A DNA stretch of 64,000 bases from Octopus sinensis. Taxonomy: Eukaryota. The notes below the pieces were generated by a model that was given only the letters and a program-made list of their open reading frames with translations, was not told the origin of the DNA and ran no database searches. The stretch lies in NCBI RefSeq assembly GCF_006345805.1, contig NC_043012.1:37138001-37202000 (forward strand). Direction: 5' to 3'. The position numbers and the translations under genes are program-made. Of this stretch, positions 24,112 to 36,371 are shown in pieces (within the stretch, counting starts at the first letter, position 1; every line of letters begins with the position of its first letter).

Positions 24112-25166
24112 TCTGATCATACATCTGACCACTCAGGGCAGACCTTATACTTGACAACAATCAACTCTTTGGGAGAGAGGGGTAGAAGAGGGAGTCTGTG
24201 AGCAGTCAGCTTGGTCTGCAAAAAACAACAGTCCTATCACTTTCAAATCACAACTCAAAAGGAAGGACACATTTTATATTTTTATCATGAGAAAAGGACA
24301 TTGGCATTAACCTTTGTAGGTAAGGAAGGATTAATTATTAATGTGATTGGGATTGCAATCAAGCTAATTAATTTGAGTGTCTTTAATTACATAACGTTCA
24401 TACCAAGTTAACAGCGAGTTGGCGGAATTGTTAGCGTGCTGAGAAGAATGCTTAGAAGCATTAGTCTGTCTTCATGTCCCGAGTTCAAATTCTGCCAAGG
24501 TTGACTTAGCCTTTTATTCTTTGAGGTCGATAAAATAAGTACCAGTTCAGTACGATGGGGTCGATGCAATCAACTTGGCCCCTCCCCTAAAATTGCTAGC
24601 ATTGTGTCAAAATCTGAAACTAATATTTGGTAATATTGTCCTGATATACACAAATATAAATTTCTTTACTACCCACAAGGAGCTAAACACAGAGGGGACG
24701 AACAAGGACAGACGAATGGATTAAGTCAATTACATCTACCCCAGTGCATAACTGGTACTTTATTTATCGACCCCGAAAGGATGAAAGGCAAAGTCGACCT
24801 CGGCGGAATTTGAACTCAGAATGTAACGGCAGACAAATACGGCTACGCATTTCGCCCGGCGTGCTAACGTTTCTGCCAGCTCGCCGCCGCCCTATACGCA
24901 ATTATAGGTGCAGGAGTGGCTGTTTGGTAAGTAGCTTGCTTCTCAACCACATGGTTCCGAGTTCAGTCCAACTGCGAGGCACCTTGTGCCTTCTACTATA
25001 GCCTCGGGCTGACCAAAGTCTTGAGAGTGGATGTGGTAGACGGAAACTAAAAGAAGCCCATCGTATATATATATATATTTTATTTATATATATATAATTG
25101 TTGAAGAGGACAACAAAAGTTAAGGCAAGGTATATACATTATTATTATTGGAAAAAAAATTCAAAG

Positions 25167-25221
25167 GCTTACAGCTGTTTCTGAGATATCCCAGAGTATG
25201 AGATATTCCATCATCAGAGAC
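25167..25221 (-). ncRNA. Hammerhead-like motif, intact core, weak stem I
   Basis: Minus strand GTCT-CTGATGA-TGGAATATCTC-ATACTCT-GGGATATCTCA-GAAA-CAGCTG-T-A-AGCC. Confidence 0.5.
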
Positions 25222-26212
25222 AAATAGGGTGAACGAGAAGGGTAAAGATTAATGAAATGATGACAGAGGACAGGAGTAAAGGAATAAGGAGATTAGAAGA
25301 GAGAAGAAAATAATATGTATATATACATGTTTGTGTGTCTGTGTTTGTCCCCCCCACCATCGCTTGACAACTGATGCTGTTTACGTCCCCCGTGACTTAG
25401 CAGTTCAGCAAATGAATCTGATAGAATAAGCTTACAAAGAATGAGTCCTGGGATTGATCTGTTCAACTAAAGGCAGTGCTCCAGCATGTCCACAGTCAAA
25501 TGACTGAAACAAATAAAAGAGTAAAAATAGGTTGGATGGTCACAAGTGGAATACTTTTGATTAGAGGTCAGCTGCATCAGGGGGAGGGGGACCTTAATAA
25601 CAACAAAGAAAAAATGCCCTGCTGATAACATGTAAAAAGGACTCATTCTTTGTAATCCTAGTACTTATTCTATCGGTCCCTTTTGCCGAACCGCTAAGTT
25701 ACAGGAATGCAAACACACCAACATCGGTTGTCAACATTGGCTTCAGGAAGGGCATACAGCTGTAGAAACCATGCCAAAGCACCCAGTGGTGCTTGGGGCA
25801 GGCCCTGAGGATCATCAGCCCCTGTTATTAGACCATCCAACCCATGCATCATCATCATCGTTTAACGTCCACTTTCCATGCTGGCATGGGTTGGACAGTT
25901 TGTTATGCAGCCGGCCAGAAGGGAGCTGTCCAGACTCCAGCCAGCATGGAAAATGGACATTCAATGCTAATGATGATGATGATGATGATGATTTATGTGC
26001 AAGGCCATAAAATTTGAGGTGGGTGGTCAGCCAAGAGCATCAGCCCCAGTACTTGACCAGCACTTTATTTTACTGACCATGAACGAATAGAAGGCAAAGT
26101 CGACTTCAGTGGGATTTGAACTCAGAATATGAAAAGCTGGAATAAATACCACAAAGCATTTTTTCCCAAAGCTCTAATGATTCTGCCAGCTTCCCATTCT
26201 AATAACAACAAC

Positions 26213-26568
26213 AACAAGAGCACAAACCTCCGCCAAGGCAATGCCAACGTCTTCTCAACGATTAGCTGGAGAGGATTTTTAAAATGAGAATATCTGAAAT
26301 AAACTCGATTGCTCTCACAAACAAGAATACTAAAAAGGGACCTGACCGCTCTCGAAAATTAAGTTAAAAAAAACAGGAAAAATAACCCAGAATCCTTGTT
26401 CAGTACCAGATGAATCCCAAAATCTAATCAGTTCATGCCAGTCATGAGGTCAGACATTCCCAAAAGTTTCATCGGAATCCATCCAGCGGTTCTTGAGATA
26501 ATTGTCCACGGACAAACAAACAAACATGACTGAAAACAATACCTCCGCCTTCGCTAAGGCAGAGGTAA
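26213..26568 (+). mobile_element. Helentron/HINE-like non-autonomous element
   Basis: 5' AACAAGAGCAC..CCTCCGCCAAGG and 3' hairpin ACCTCCGCCTT-CGCT-AAGGCAGAGGT. Homologues at 42258-42628 (minus), ~45670-46030 and a short derivative ~46081-46210. The class assignment is inference. Confidence 0.6.
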
Positions 26569-26581
26569 TAATACTTTCTAC

Positions 26582-26930
26582 TGTGAAGGCACATGTGGCT
26601 CAGTGGTTGGAGCATCAGGCTCACAATCATGAGGTCATGAGTTCAATTCCCAGGCTGTGCTGTGTGTTGTGTTCTTGAGCAAGACACTTTACTTCATGTT
26701 ACTCCAGTTCACTCATCTGTAGAAATGAGTTGCGACATCACAGGTGCCAAGCTGTATCGGCCCCGTTGCCTTTCTCTTGGAAAACATTGGTTGTGTGGAG
26801 AGGGGAGGCTGGTAATGCATGGGCGACTGCTGGTCTTCCATAAGCAACCATGCCCAGACTTGACACCCAGAGGGTGACTTCCTAGGTGCAACCCCATGGT
26901 CATTCACGACCAAAAAAGGAGGTCTTCAAT
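26582..26930 (+). mobile_element. tRNA-derived SINE with CORE-like domain
   Basis: TGGCTCAGTGG A-box, GAGTTCAATTCCC B-box, GTGTTCTTGAGCAAGACACTT...CTCATCTGTAGAAATGAG. Confidence 0.7.
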
Positions 26931-27142
26931 CCTTTCCCTCATAGGTAGAAGGACTGGAATCCAGATGGGTAGGAGGATAGTCAGTTACATTGACCCCATT
27001 GGTTCACTGGTACCTATTCTGCTGTCCCCAAAAGGATGAAAGGCAAAGTTAATCTTTGTGGAATTAAGGACATAAAGATGGGATGAAATGCTGCTAAGCA
27101 TTTTGTCTGGTATGCTAACGGTTTTGCCAGGTTGACACCTTA

Positions 27143-27650
27143 ATCATCATCATCATCGTCTAATGTCCGTTTTCCTTGCTGGCATGGGTTGGACGGTTTG
27201 ATTGAGGTCTGGAGAGCCAGCGGCTGCACCAAGCTCCAATCTGATTTGGCATGGTTTCTACAGCTGGATGCCCTTCTTAATGCCAACCATTCCGAGAGGG
27301 TTGTGGGTGCTTTTTACGTGCCACCAGCATGGGAGCCAGTCAGGCGGGCCTGGTATCAATCATGTTCGGATAGTGCTTTTTATGTGCCACCAACCAGCAT
27401 GGGGGCCAGTCAGGGGGTACTGGCATCAGCTACGTTCGAATGGTGCTTTTTACGTTCCACTGGCACAGGAGTCAGTCAGGCGGACCTGGCATTGGCTGCA
27501 TTCAGATGGTGCTTTTTATGTGCCATCAGCACGGGAGCCAGTCAGGAGTCACTAGCCACAGCTCCAATATTGGTTTTACTTGACACAACAGGTCTTCTCA
27601 AGCATATCATATCGCCTGATGCCTCAGAGGTACTCTTAACTGGGTCAGAC
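27143..27650 (-). mobile_element. SINE family B copy
   Basis: (CAT)n then GTCTAATGTCCGTTTTCCTTGCTGGCATGGGTTGGACGG; internal GGTGCTTTTTACGTGCCA subrepeats. Confidence 0.75.
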
Positions 27651-27979
27651 ATGCGTGGCTGCAATCTCACTTTAGTTGCTGGGTCTTCTCAATCACAGCA
27701 TATCTCCAAAGCACTCAGTCTCCTGTGATAGCCTCTGTGAGGCAATAATAGAAAAGGTTTTATATTTTGGCACAAGGCCAACAATTTTGGAGAAGTGGGT
27801 AAGTTGATTATATCAGCCCCAGTGTTTCACTGCTACTTAATTCATTGACCCTGAAAGGATGAAAGGCAAAGTCGACCTCGGCGGAATTTGAACTCAGAAC
27901 GTAGCTGTAGACGAAATACCATTAAGCATTTTGCCTGGCATGCTAATGATTCTGCTAAGATCCCCACATTTTAGGATTA

Positions 27980-28209
27980 ATGACAACATTAATCATGATG
28001 AAACTTGGTTATCTTGGAGTGTTTGAAATAGATGATCACAGAAATGGCAAGATAGTTGTCAACCTTACAAGCACGCTAAATACATCTGGTGTTATTAGCC
28101 CCTGCTTTGACATATGCATTCAGGATTTGGAGAGGTGGACCAACAATTTATTGCCATCTCGACAGTTTGGATGTTTTGTATTGACCACCAAGGAGGGATC
28201 CTAGGTTTT
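27980..28209 (+). pseudogene. RPS15A: Truncated processed pseudogene of 40S ribosomal protein S15a (uS8)
   Basis: [66 protein letters not shown] matches RPS15[43 protein letters not shown]...[17 protein letters not shown]-terminus missing; internal deletion before GGAGGGATCCTAGGTTTT (GG..ILGF); no introns in this stretch. Confidence 0.92.
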
Positions 28210-28273
28210 ATCATCATCATCATCATAGTTTTAACGTCCGTTTTCTGTGCTAGCACGGGTTATATATATAGAT

Positions 28274-28722
28274 ATACTAGCAGCTAAGCCCGGTTTCACC
28301 TGATCAGTTTGGATGATGTGGTGTAAAACCTGCTCTGTATATGCATTCGACTTGCTTGAGCACGCTTACATTAAAAGGCAATTTTAGATTGACTTTTTTC
28401 TGTCAAAACTGACCAAGAAAAAAACCCAACCAAGATGCAACCAAATCAAAAAAATATACCCAAATACTAAGCAAACAAAGATGAACCATCCCACTTCCAT
28501 TGCGTGCACACATGCACACACAAACAAACACACACATACCTCCCCTCCTTACATACACATACATATATTCACATAGGGTTGAAACGCTGTTTGATTTATT
28601 TTTTCAGTGTACAATTTTCATCATCCCACTACCAAGTTTGACATCACCCCTTCCTTCCTTATTTATCTATCACCCCTTTCTTTCTCATTCATAAACACAA
28701 GAGTATTACTATAGTAGATTAT
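28274..28722 (+). mobile_element. Possible non-autonomous Helitron-like element
   Basis: Starts ACTAGCAGCTAAGCCCGGTTTCACC and ends TATTACTATAGTAGAT; terminal motifs only. Confidence 0.35.
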
Positions 28723-28858
28723 CTCAGTAACCATGGGAGCTATTCTACACATCTATTCTATGGATCATTCTACACATCTGTGTAATTTTTCCTGCAATTC
28801 CACCCATCTGCTTGACAGTGAATCCCAAGACAAGAAAGAATCGGCCATGTCAAATTTA

Positions 28859-28896
<38 letters not shown>

Positions 28897-29289
28897 TATA
28901 CATACATACATATATATTATATATATATATATAAATATATACATACATACATATATTATATATATATATATATATATACACATATATATCACCTGGCACA
29001 AGTTCACCTCCTCCAATGCCCCTCCCCTCTCAAAGATTACTTGTCTTGTAAAGTTACTTGGTGACCCTGCCGGTGCAGATGCCACTTATAAAGCACTCAG
29101 TCCACTCTGAAGGGTGGTTGGTGTTAGGAAGGGCATCCAGCCAGAAAAAAACCCTGCCAAAACAGACACAGAAGTGTGGAGCAGTCTTCTGCCTGGCCAG
29201 CTCCTGTCAAACCGTCCAACCCATGCAAGCATAAGAAAGTGGATGTAAAAACAATGAGGATGGCACACAAGTGATTCTTAGTCTCATTC

Positions 29290-29945
29290 CCTCTCTCAGC
29301 TGAGAGCTCTTTGCCTTGCAAATTACCTGGTGACCTTAATGGTGCAAGTGCTATGTGAAAAACACATAAAGAGCACCTGTGCTGGTGCCACATAAAGAAC
29401 ACCTGTGCTGGTGCTACATAAGGAACACCTGTGCTCGTACCATGTAAACAGCACCTGTGCCGATGCCACGTGAAGCACACCTATATTGGTGCCACATAAA
29501 AAGCACCTGTGCTGGTGCTACATGAAGGGCATCTGTGCTGGTGTCACATAAAAAGCACCTCTGCTGATGCTACGTAAAAAGCACCCAGCACACTAGGCAG
29601 GGTATCCAGCAGTAGAAACCATGTGGAAGCAGATATTGGAGTTTGGTGCCGTTCTTTGGCTTGTTGGCTCCTGTTGAACCATCCAACTCATGCCAGCATG
29701 GAAAATGGATATTAAACCTGTGCTGGTGCCACATAAAAGCCACTCAAGCTGGTGCCATGTAAAAAGCACTGGTGACGGTACCATGCAGTGCACCCTGTAA
29801 AGTGGTTGGTATTAGGAAGGGCACCCAGCTGTAGAAACCATGCCAAAACAGACGACTGGAGCCCGGTGCAGCTCTCTGGCTTGCCAACTAAGGTCAACCT
29901 GTCCAACCCATGACAGCATGGAAAATGGCTGTTAAATGATGATGG
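29290..29945 (+). mobile_element. SINE family B copies with expanded internal ~30-bp VNTR
   Basis: About 7-8 units of AAAGCACCTGTGCTGGTGCCACAT at ~29365-29585; (GAT)n tail at ~29937. Confidence 0.7.
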
Positions 29946-30863
29946 TGAAAACAATGAATATGATGATGATGATGATGATAAAGGTGTTGATTAAGCTGAG
30001 TCTATGGCAGAAGACAATCACCCACAGGTGTCCCTCAGCTGGAACCCAGAACCATAAGATTGCAAAACCAAACTTATTACATACAAACCATACTGCCCAC
30101 GCCAGCAGCAGGCAATTCCATTTCCTTGTCTCTGAGGACATAGAAGTGGAATTTGGAATTTGGATGTCAATGGTATTTGAGGTGAGTTTCAAAAATGACA
30201 TTCTCTCAGAACATAATGTTTGTTGAAACAATTCTTGCAAGCGGCCGAAATGGTTGTAGACACAGGGAATTCATACCGGAATGAAAATATTTGATTGCAA
30301 AGCCAAAATAAACCTACAATACCAACACCAACAACAACAACAACAACAGAGATAATAGTAATAAGCTAATAAAGTGGAGTGTAGTAAAGCTTTGCATGTA
30401 ATTATAGCTGTGAAGGAGGAGGAGGCTGGTGAGGAGGCTGGTGAGGAGGTGTTTAATAATCAGAAATATACTTGATGCTAATAAGCAGAAAATTCAAACA
30501 ACAAATAAAAATAACACTGTATTAATTTGTATGGGAGCAGAATGAAGGAGCAGCGGAGTGAAACGTGGACACAACGCTTGGCTGGTTTTGTTGTGAAAAC
30601 TATAAATGAGTTATGAAGCAGAAAGATGGAACATTCCCAAATATTTAAATATATAACAACAACAACAACAACAACAACAGCAACACCACCAACAGCAACA
30701 ACAACAATAGCAACAATTATATTTACACTTTCAGGAAAACAGAAAAAGAAGAAAAAAAATCAAATGGAGAGACATGAGAGGCAAGGGAGGCAACTTCCTT
30801 TTAAGAGGACTGCCAACAGATGTCACTAGTTGATAGAGACACCATGGTAGATGGAGGTAAAAC

Positions 30864-32521
30864 TAGGGCCAGATATATGTAGGGGCCAATATGGCCAGAT
30901 ATATGTAGGGACCAATATGAGCCAGATATATGTAGGGACCAATATGGCCAGATATATGTAGGGGCCAATATGGCCAGATATATGTAGGGGCCAATATGGC
31001 CAGATATATGTAGGGGCCAATATGGCCAGATATATATAGGGACCAATATGAGCTAGATATATGTAGGGACCAATATGGCCAGATATATATAGGGACCAAT
31101 ATGAGCTAGATATATGTAGGGGCCAATATGGCCAGATATATGTAGGGACCAATATGAGCCAGATATATGTAGGGGCCAATATGGCCAGATATATGTAGGG
31201 ACCAATATGGCCAGATATATGTAGGGGCCAATATGGCCAGATATATATAGGGACCAATATGAGCTAGATATATGTAGGGACCAATATGGCCAGATATATA
31301 TAGGGACCAATATGAGCTAGATATATGTAGGGGCCAATATGGCCAGATATATGTAGGGACCAATATGGCCAGATATATATAGGGACCAATATGAGCTAGA
31401 TATATGTAGGGGCCAATATGGCCAGATATATGTAGGGACCAATATGAGCCAGATATATGTAGGGACCAATATGGCCAGATATATGTAGGGGCCAATATGG
31501 CCAGATATATGTAGGAGCCAATATGGCCAGATATATGTAGGGGCCAATATGGCCAGATATATGTAGGGACCAATATGGCCAGATATATGTAGGGACCAAT
31601 ATGAGCTAGATATATGTAGGGACCAATATGAGCCAGATATATATAGGGACCAATATGAGCTAGATATATGTAGGGACCAATATGAGCCAGATATGTGTAG
31701 GGACCAATATGAGCCAGATATGTGTAGGGACCAATATGGCCAGATATATGTAGGGACCAATATGGCCAGATATATGTAGGGACCAATATGAGCCAGATAT
31801 ATGTAGGGGCCAATATGGCCAGATATATGTAGGGACCAATATGGCCAGATATATGTAGGGGCCAATATGGCCAGATATATGTAGGGACCAATATGGCCAG
31901 ATATATGTAGGGACCAATATGAGCCAGATATATGTAGGGACCAATATGGCCAGATATATGTAGGGACCAATATGGCCAGATATATGTAGGGACCAATATG
32001 GCCAGATATATGTAGGGACTAATATGAGCCAGATATATGTAGGGGCCAATATGAGCCAGATATATGTAGGGACCAATATGGCCAGATATATGTAGGGACC
32101 AATATGAGCCAGATATATGTAGGGGCCAATATGAGCCAGATATATGTAGGGACCAATATGGCCAGATATATGTAGGGACCAATATGAGCCATGACCAAAG
32201 GTCTATATGCATTGGTGGTCCCTCAAAATTTAAGAAATATGTTTACAGCAATCAAATAAATAATTTGTAAATTTTTTTTTTTACTTGTTTAATTATTTTT
32301 CATTCCAATAGAGTGGCTTTAAAATTACTGAACCCTTTTTAGATTTATTGGCCCCTTACAAGATTTAAAAAGCCATCAGATTTAACAGAAGCCCTTTTAA
32401 GTTTTGGGGTCCTCTTCAAACAGTTTGAGGACACTAGATTTAATGGTGCCCTCTTTATTATCTTATTATGCATTGAATTAGCTAAATTGTAGGGGTTTCA
32501 CTGGGCCCAAATCTGAGCCTG
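30864..32521. mobile_element. hAT-like non-autonomous element containing the 1.3-kb minisatellite
   Basis: Ends TAGGGCCAGATAT / AAATCTGAGCCTG (9/13 inverted match); 8-bp flanks GGTAAAAC (30856-30863) / GCTAAAAC (32522-32529). Confidence 0.6.
30866..32190. repeat. 26/27-bp minisatellite, ~50 units
   Basis: Units GGCCAGATATATGTAGGG(A/G)CCAATAT (26 bp) and GAGC(C/T)AGATATATGTAGGG(A/G)CCAATAT (27 bp), directly abutting. Confidence 0.97.
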
Positions 32522-32739
32522 GCTAAAACTCTTGACTTATCAAAATTTAAAATTCAGTTTGAAAATTCCTCTTCAGAGTATTTCACTTCATTCACACCAC
32601 TAATATTTGCAGGAAAGGAATGAACATCACAGAGCCCTATTCTTATATCTATAAATCTGAAGGAAACCTTTAAATCCAGTTTAGAAACCACATCCGTCAC
32701 TTGCAAGGGAGTATGGCAGTTTCAACTCAGAGGAGAATC

Positions 32740-32825
32740 TATCTATCTTTCTGTCTCTTCATGTATCTATCTACCTATCTTTCTATCTATCTAACTACTC
32801 ATCTATCTGTCTGTCTGTCTCTCTA

Positions 32826-32868
<43 letters not shown>

Positions 32869-32907
32869 CTCTATCTATCACTCTCTCTCTCTCGATCTAT
32901 CTATCTC

Positions 32908-32942
<35 letters not shown>

Positions 32943-33033
32943 ATCTATCTATCTGTCTGTCTGTCTATCTCTATCTATCTATCTATCTATCTATCTCTAT
33001 CTATCACTCTCTCTCTCTCGATCTATCTATCTC

Positions 33034-33072
<39 letters not shown>

Positions 33073-33153
33073 CTATCTATCACTCTCTCTCTCTCTCTCT
33101 CTCTCTATCATCTATCTATCTATCTATCTATCATCTATCTATCTATCTATCTG

Positions 33154-33200
<47 letters not shown>

Positions 33201-33201
33201 G

Positions 33202-33244
<43 letters not shown>

Positions 33245-33300
33245 GTCTGACTGTCTGTCTCTCTGCAGGTTAGCTTGTCTGTCTCTGTCTCTCTCTCGGT
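32740..33300. repeat. (TCTA)n/(TCTG)n/(CT)n compound microsatellite
   Basis: Direct reading. Similar (ATAG)n blocks at ~7950-8200 and ~51950-52255. Confidence 0.95.
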
Positions 33301-34750
33301 CTTTCTCTCTCTGTCTCTGTTTTTCTATCTGACTAACCACCTGTCTGTCTCTCTGAATCCATCTATATACCCATCAATCTATCATGTCTATCTATCTGTC
33401 TGTCTGTCTATCTACCAGCTTCTCTCTCTCCAAGTCTATCTAATTACCCATCTGTGTGTCTTACTGTGTGTGTGTGTGTCTCTCTCTGTCTCTATCTATC
33501 TGAGTTTTTTTTTTATATAACTTCCATCATTCCTACCAACCCGTCATTCCCATCTATTATTCCCACCTGTCTTCTTCACGTCTGCCACCCTCAAACCCCA
33601 CCCCACCCCACCTCGCTACAACATCCACCCCAACACCATCTCCCCCCCCATTCCTGCCATTCCTCTCAATTCCTCCCCTTCTTCCTGCAACACTGAGAAC
33701 ACATCAAATACAATATTTGAAGAGTTAATTACCTCATTTCCTGATAGGCTGCAATTTTTTCCAACTGTTCTGTGAAAATATTTGCCAGATATTTTACCAT
33801 CAATAAAGCAGAAATCAATCAGAAAAGCTCAGGCAACGCCGCCCGGTCCAACTGGATCCATCCAAAATGACTGACCGACCGATTAACAGACCGGCTGACA
33901 CAAGCCTCCTGGCATTTCTCTGTGGATAGGCACAGGCTGTGTCAGTAAGAAGGCTGCTTCCCAACCATGTGGGTGTGGGTTCAGTCCCACTGCAAGACAG
34001 CCTGGACATAAAATCTTTTGCTGTAGGCCTGGGCTGACCATAATCCTATGAGTGTATTTGGTAGATGGAAACAAGGAGAAACCCATCTATATATACATAT
34101 ATATACACACACACATATATACACACACATCATCATTTAACATCTGTTGTCCATGCTGGCATGGGTTGGTCAGTTTGACTGGGCTGGCATACTGGAAGGC
34201 TGCACCAGACTCCACTCTGATTTGGCATGGTTTTCTGCTGGATGCCCTTCGTAATGTCAACCACTCTGAGAGTGTAATAGGTGCCATTACATGCCACCCG
34301 CATAGCTGCCATTTGTGTGACACCGGGATGCTTCTCCGTGCCACCTGCATGGGTACCAATTTGAGTGACACCGGTATTTGCCATGACTGTGATTTTGCTC
34401 AGTTTGATGGGTCTTCTTCTCAACCGTGGCATAATGCCAAAGGTCTCGGTCATTGCTTCTGTGAGGCCCCAAGACTCAAAAGGAACTCAGCCTCCATGAG
34501 GCCCAATGCATGAATGGAATTCAGCCACTTTGTCTCTGTGGGGGGCAACACTCGAAAGGTGTTCTTTATGTGCCATCAGCACAGGTGCACTTAGCTTGAC
34601 ATGAAAAATATTTATTGTCACTAAGTGTGACTGAGGGTGCCAAAGACCCTATATGGCTAGAAGTAGCAGTTGAAGACTTACAGTATTAAAAGTCTTTAAC
34701 ACTTATTTCTAGCAATATAGGTACTTTGGCATCCTCAGTCACATTTAGTC

Positions 34751-35280
34751 ATCATCATCATCATCATCATCGTTTAACGTCCGTTCTTCCATGCTGGCAT
34801 GGGTTGGACAGTTCGACTGGGGTCTGGGAAGCCAGGGGGCTGCACCAGGTTCCAATCTGATCTGGCAGAGTTTCTACGGCTGGATGCCCTTCCTAACGCC
34901 AACCACTCCGAGAGTGTAGTGGGTGCTTTTTTATGTGCCACCGGCACAGGGGCCAGAGGGGGCTGGCATTGACCATGATCGGTTGGTGCTTTTTATGTAC
35001 CACTGACAGAGGCGCCAGTCAAGGCAGTGCTGGCATTGGCCATGTTTGGATGGTGCTTTTTACGTGCCACTGGCACAGAGCCAGTCAGGACGAAGGAGCT
35101 GGTATCAACCACGTTTAGATGATCCTTTTTATGTGCCACCCGCACAGGGACCACAACTACAATTTCCCTTTTATTTTGATGCTGATGTACTTGACACAAT
35201 AGGTCTTCTCAAGCACGGCACGTCGCTCTACAATCCAAAGGTACTTTTGGAGTGGGCTGCTTATGTGACACTGGTGATAT
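34751..35280 (-). mobile_element. SINE family B, long copy
   Basis: (CAT)n-CGTTTAACGTCCG...GGATGCCCTTCCTAACGCCAACCACTCCGAGAGTGTAGTGGGTGC, with subrepeats. Confidence 0.8.
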
Positions 35281-35770
35281 ATATATTTTTCCTTCTAATG
35301 GTATTATATTGTGCCTAGCTGTTTCATCATCACCATCATCACCAGTATCGTCCTCCTTTCATGCTAACATGGGTGGAATGGTTTGACAGGAGCTGGTCAG
35401 GTAGAAGAAGCCCGCACCAGACTTCTGTGACTGTTTTGGCAAGGTTTTTACAGTTGGATGCCCTTTCTGAACACCATCCACTTTACAGTGTGGGCAGGGT
35501 GCTTTTTAAGTGGTCCCTGCACTGATGGGGACACCAAGTACTTGCAGGAGGTGATCTTGTGTCAGATGATGAAAGGTTGTAGTGAAGCAGAGAGATAGAA
35601 ACAGGTGTCTTGCTGTGGAGGAGGTACAAGGTTACCTGGCTGGGGAGGGGGGGGAAGAGAGAGAGAGGGGGTAGAGAAAAAGAGAGAGAGAGGAAGAGCA
35701 GGAATGAAGACAAAAACAGGTGTGTTGCTGCATAGGAGACTTGTGGTTACCCAACCTGAGGGAAGTGCAG

Positions 35771-35809
<39 letters not shown>

Positions 35810-36358
35810 CAACAGGAGGATAGAGATGGAGGCAAAGTGCTGGACATACTCACAAGGAACAAGGGTCAGAATATAAATGGGACGGTCAAGTAAAGGCAGA
35901 CAGAGACACAGATGATGGCAAATGCCAGGGCATATGCTTGAGGTTTGAAGGTCACAATATAAGTGGCCGGATATGGCCAAAGAAGTGTGATTAGAGAGTG
36001 GTGAGGGGAAGTGAGTGGGGAAAACCTGGGTATATAGAGTGGGGAGTGGGGGTTACAGGATAGCAATGATACAGAGGAACAAGACTACGAGAGAGGAAAT
36101 GGAAAGAGCAGGAGAAAGTGGAAAGGGGATGAAGAGGAGGAAGGGAAAGTGGAAGAAGAGGAGGAGGAGAAAGAGGAAGAAGAGGAGGAGGAGAAAGAGG
36201 AGGGAGGAGGGGGAGGGATTAACCGTTTGTCAACAGATGGTCACCAATGGATGTGTGGAGGGAGTTTGCTGCAAGTCTGTGCTGGAAATCTGCTGCAGGT
36301 AATAATGAAAGTGAAAGTAGCAAAAAGACTTTGGTGACCCCAAACTGATGTCCGTCAG

Positions 36359-36371
36359 AGGTCAGGGGTCA
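36359..36371 (+). promoter_or_regulatory. Candidate nuclear-receptor DR1 element
   Basis: AGGTCA-G-GGGTCA, preceded by CCGTCA-G, in TAAT-rich non-repetitive sequence; motif only. Confidence 0.3.

Noticed and set aside
29936-30226. 96-aa plus-strand ORF with a strong GTGAGT donor near 30181
   Set aside because: It starts in a (GAT)n SINE tail, has no clear acceptor and no recognisable homology.
30826-32212. 368-aa ORF with repeated HIGPYIYLA motifs; also a CRISPR-like appearance
   Set aside because: It is a by-product of the 26/27-bp tandem array. Units abut with no unique spacers, there are no cas genes, and the context is eukaryotic.
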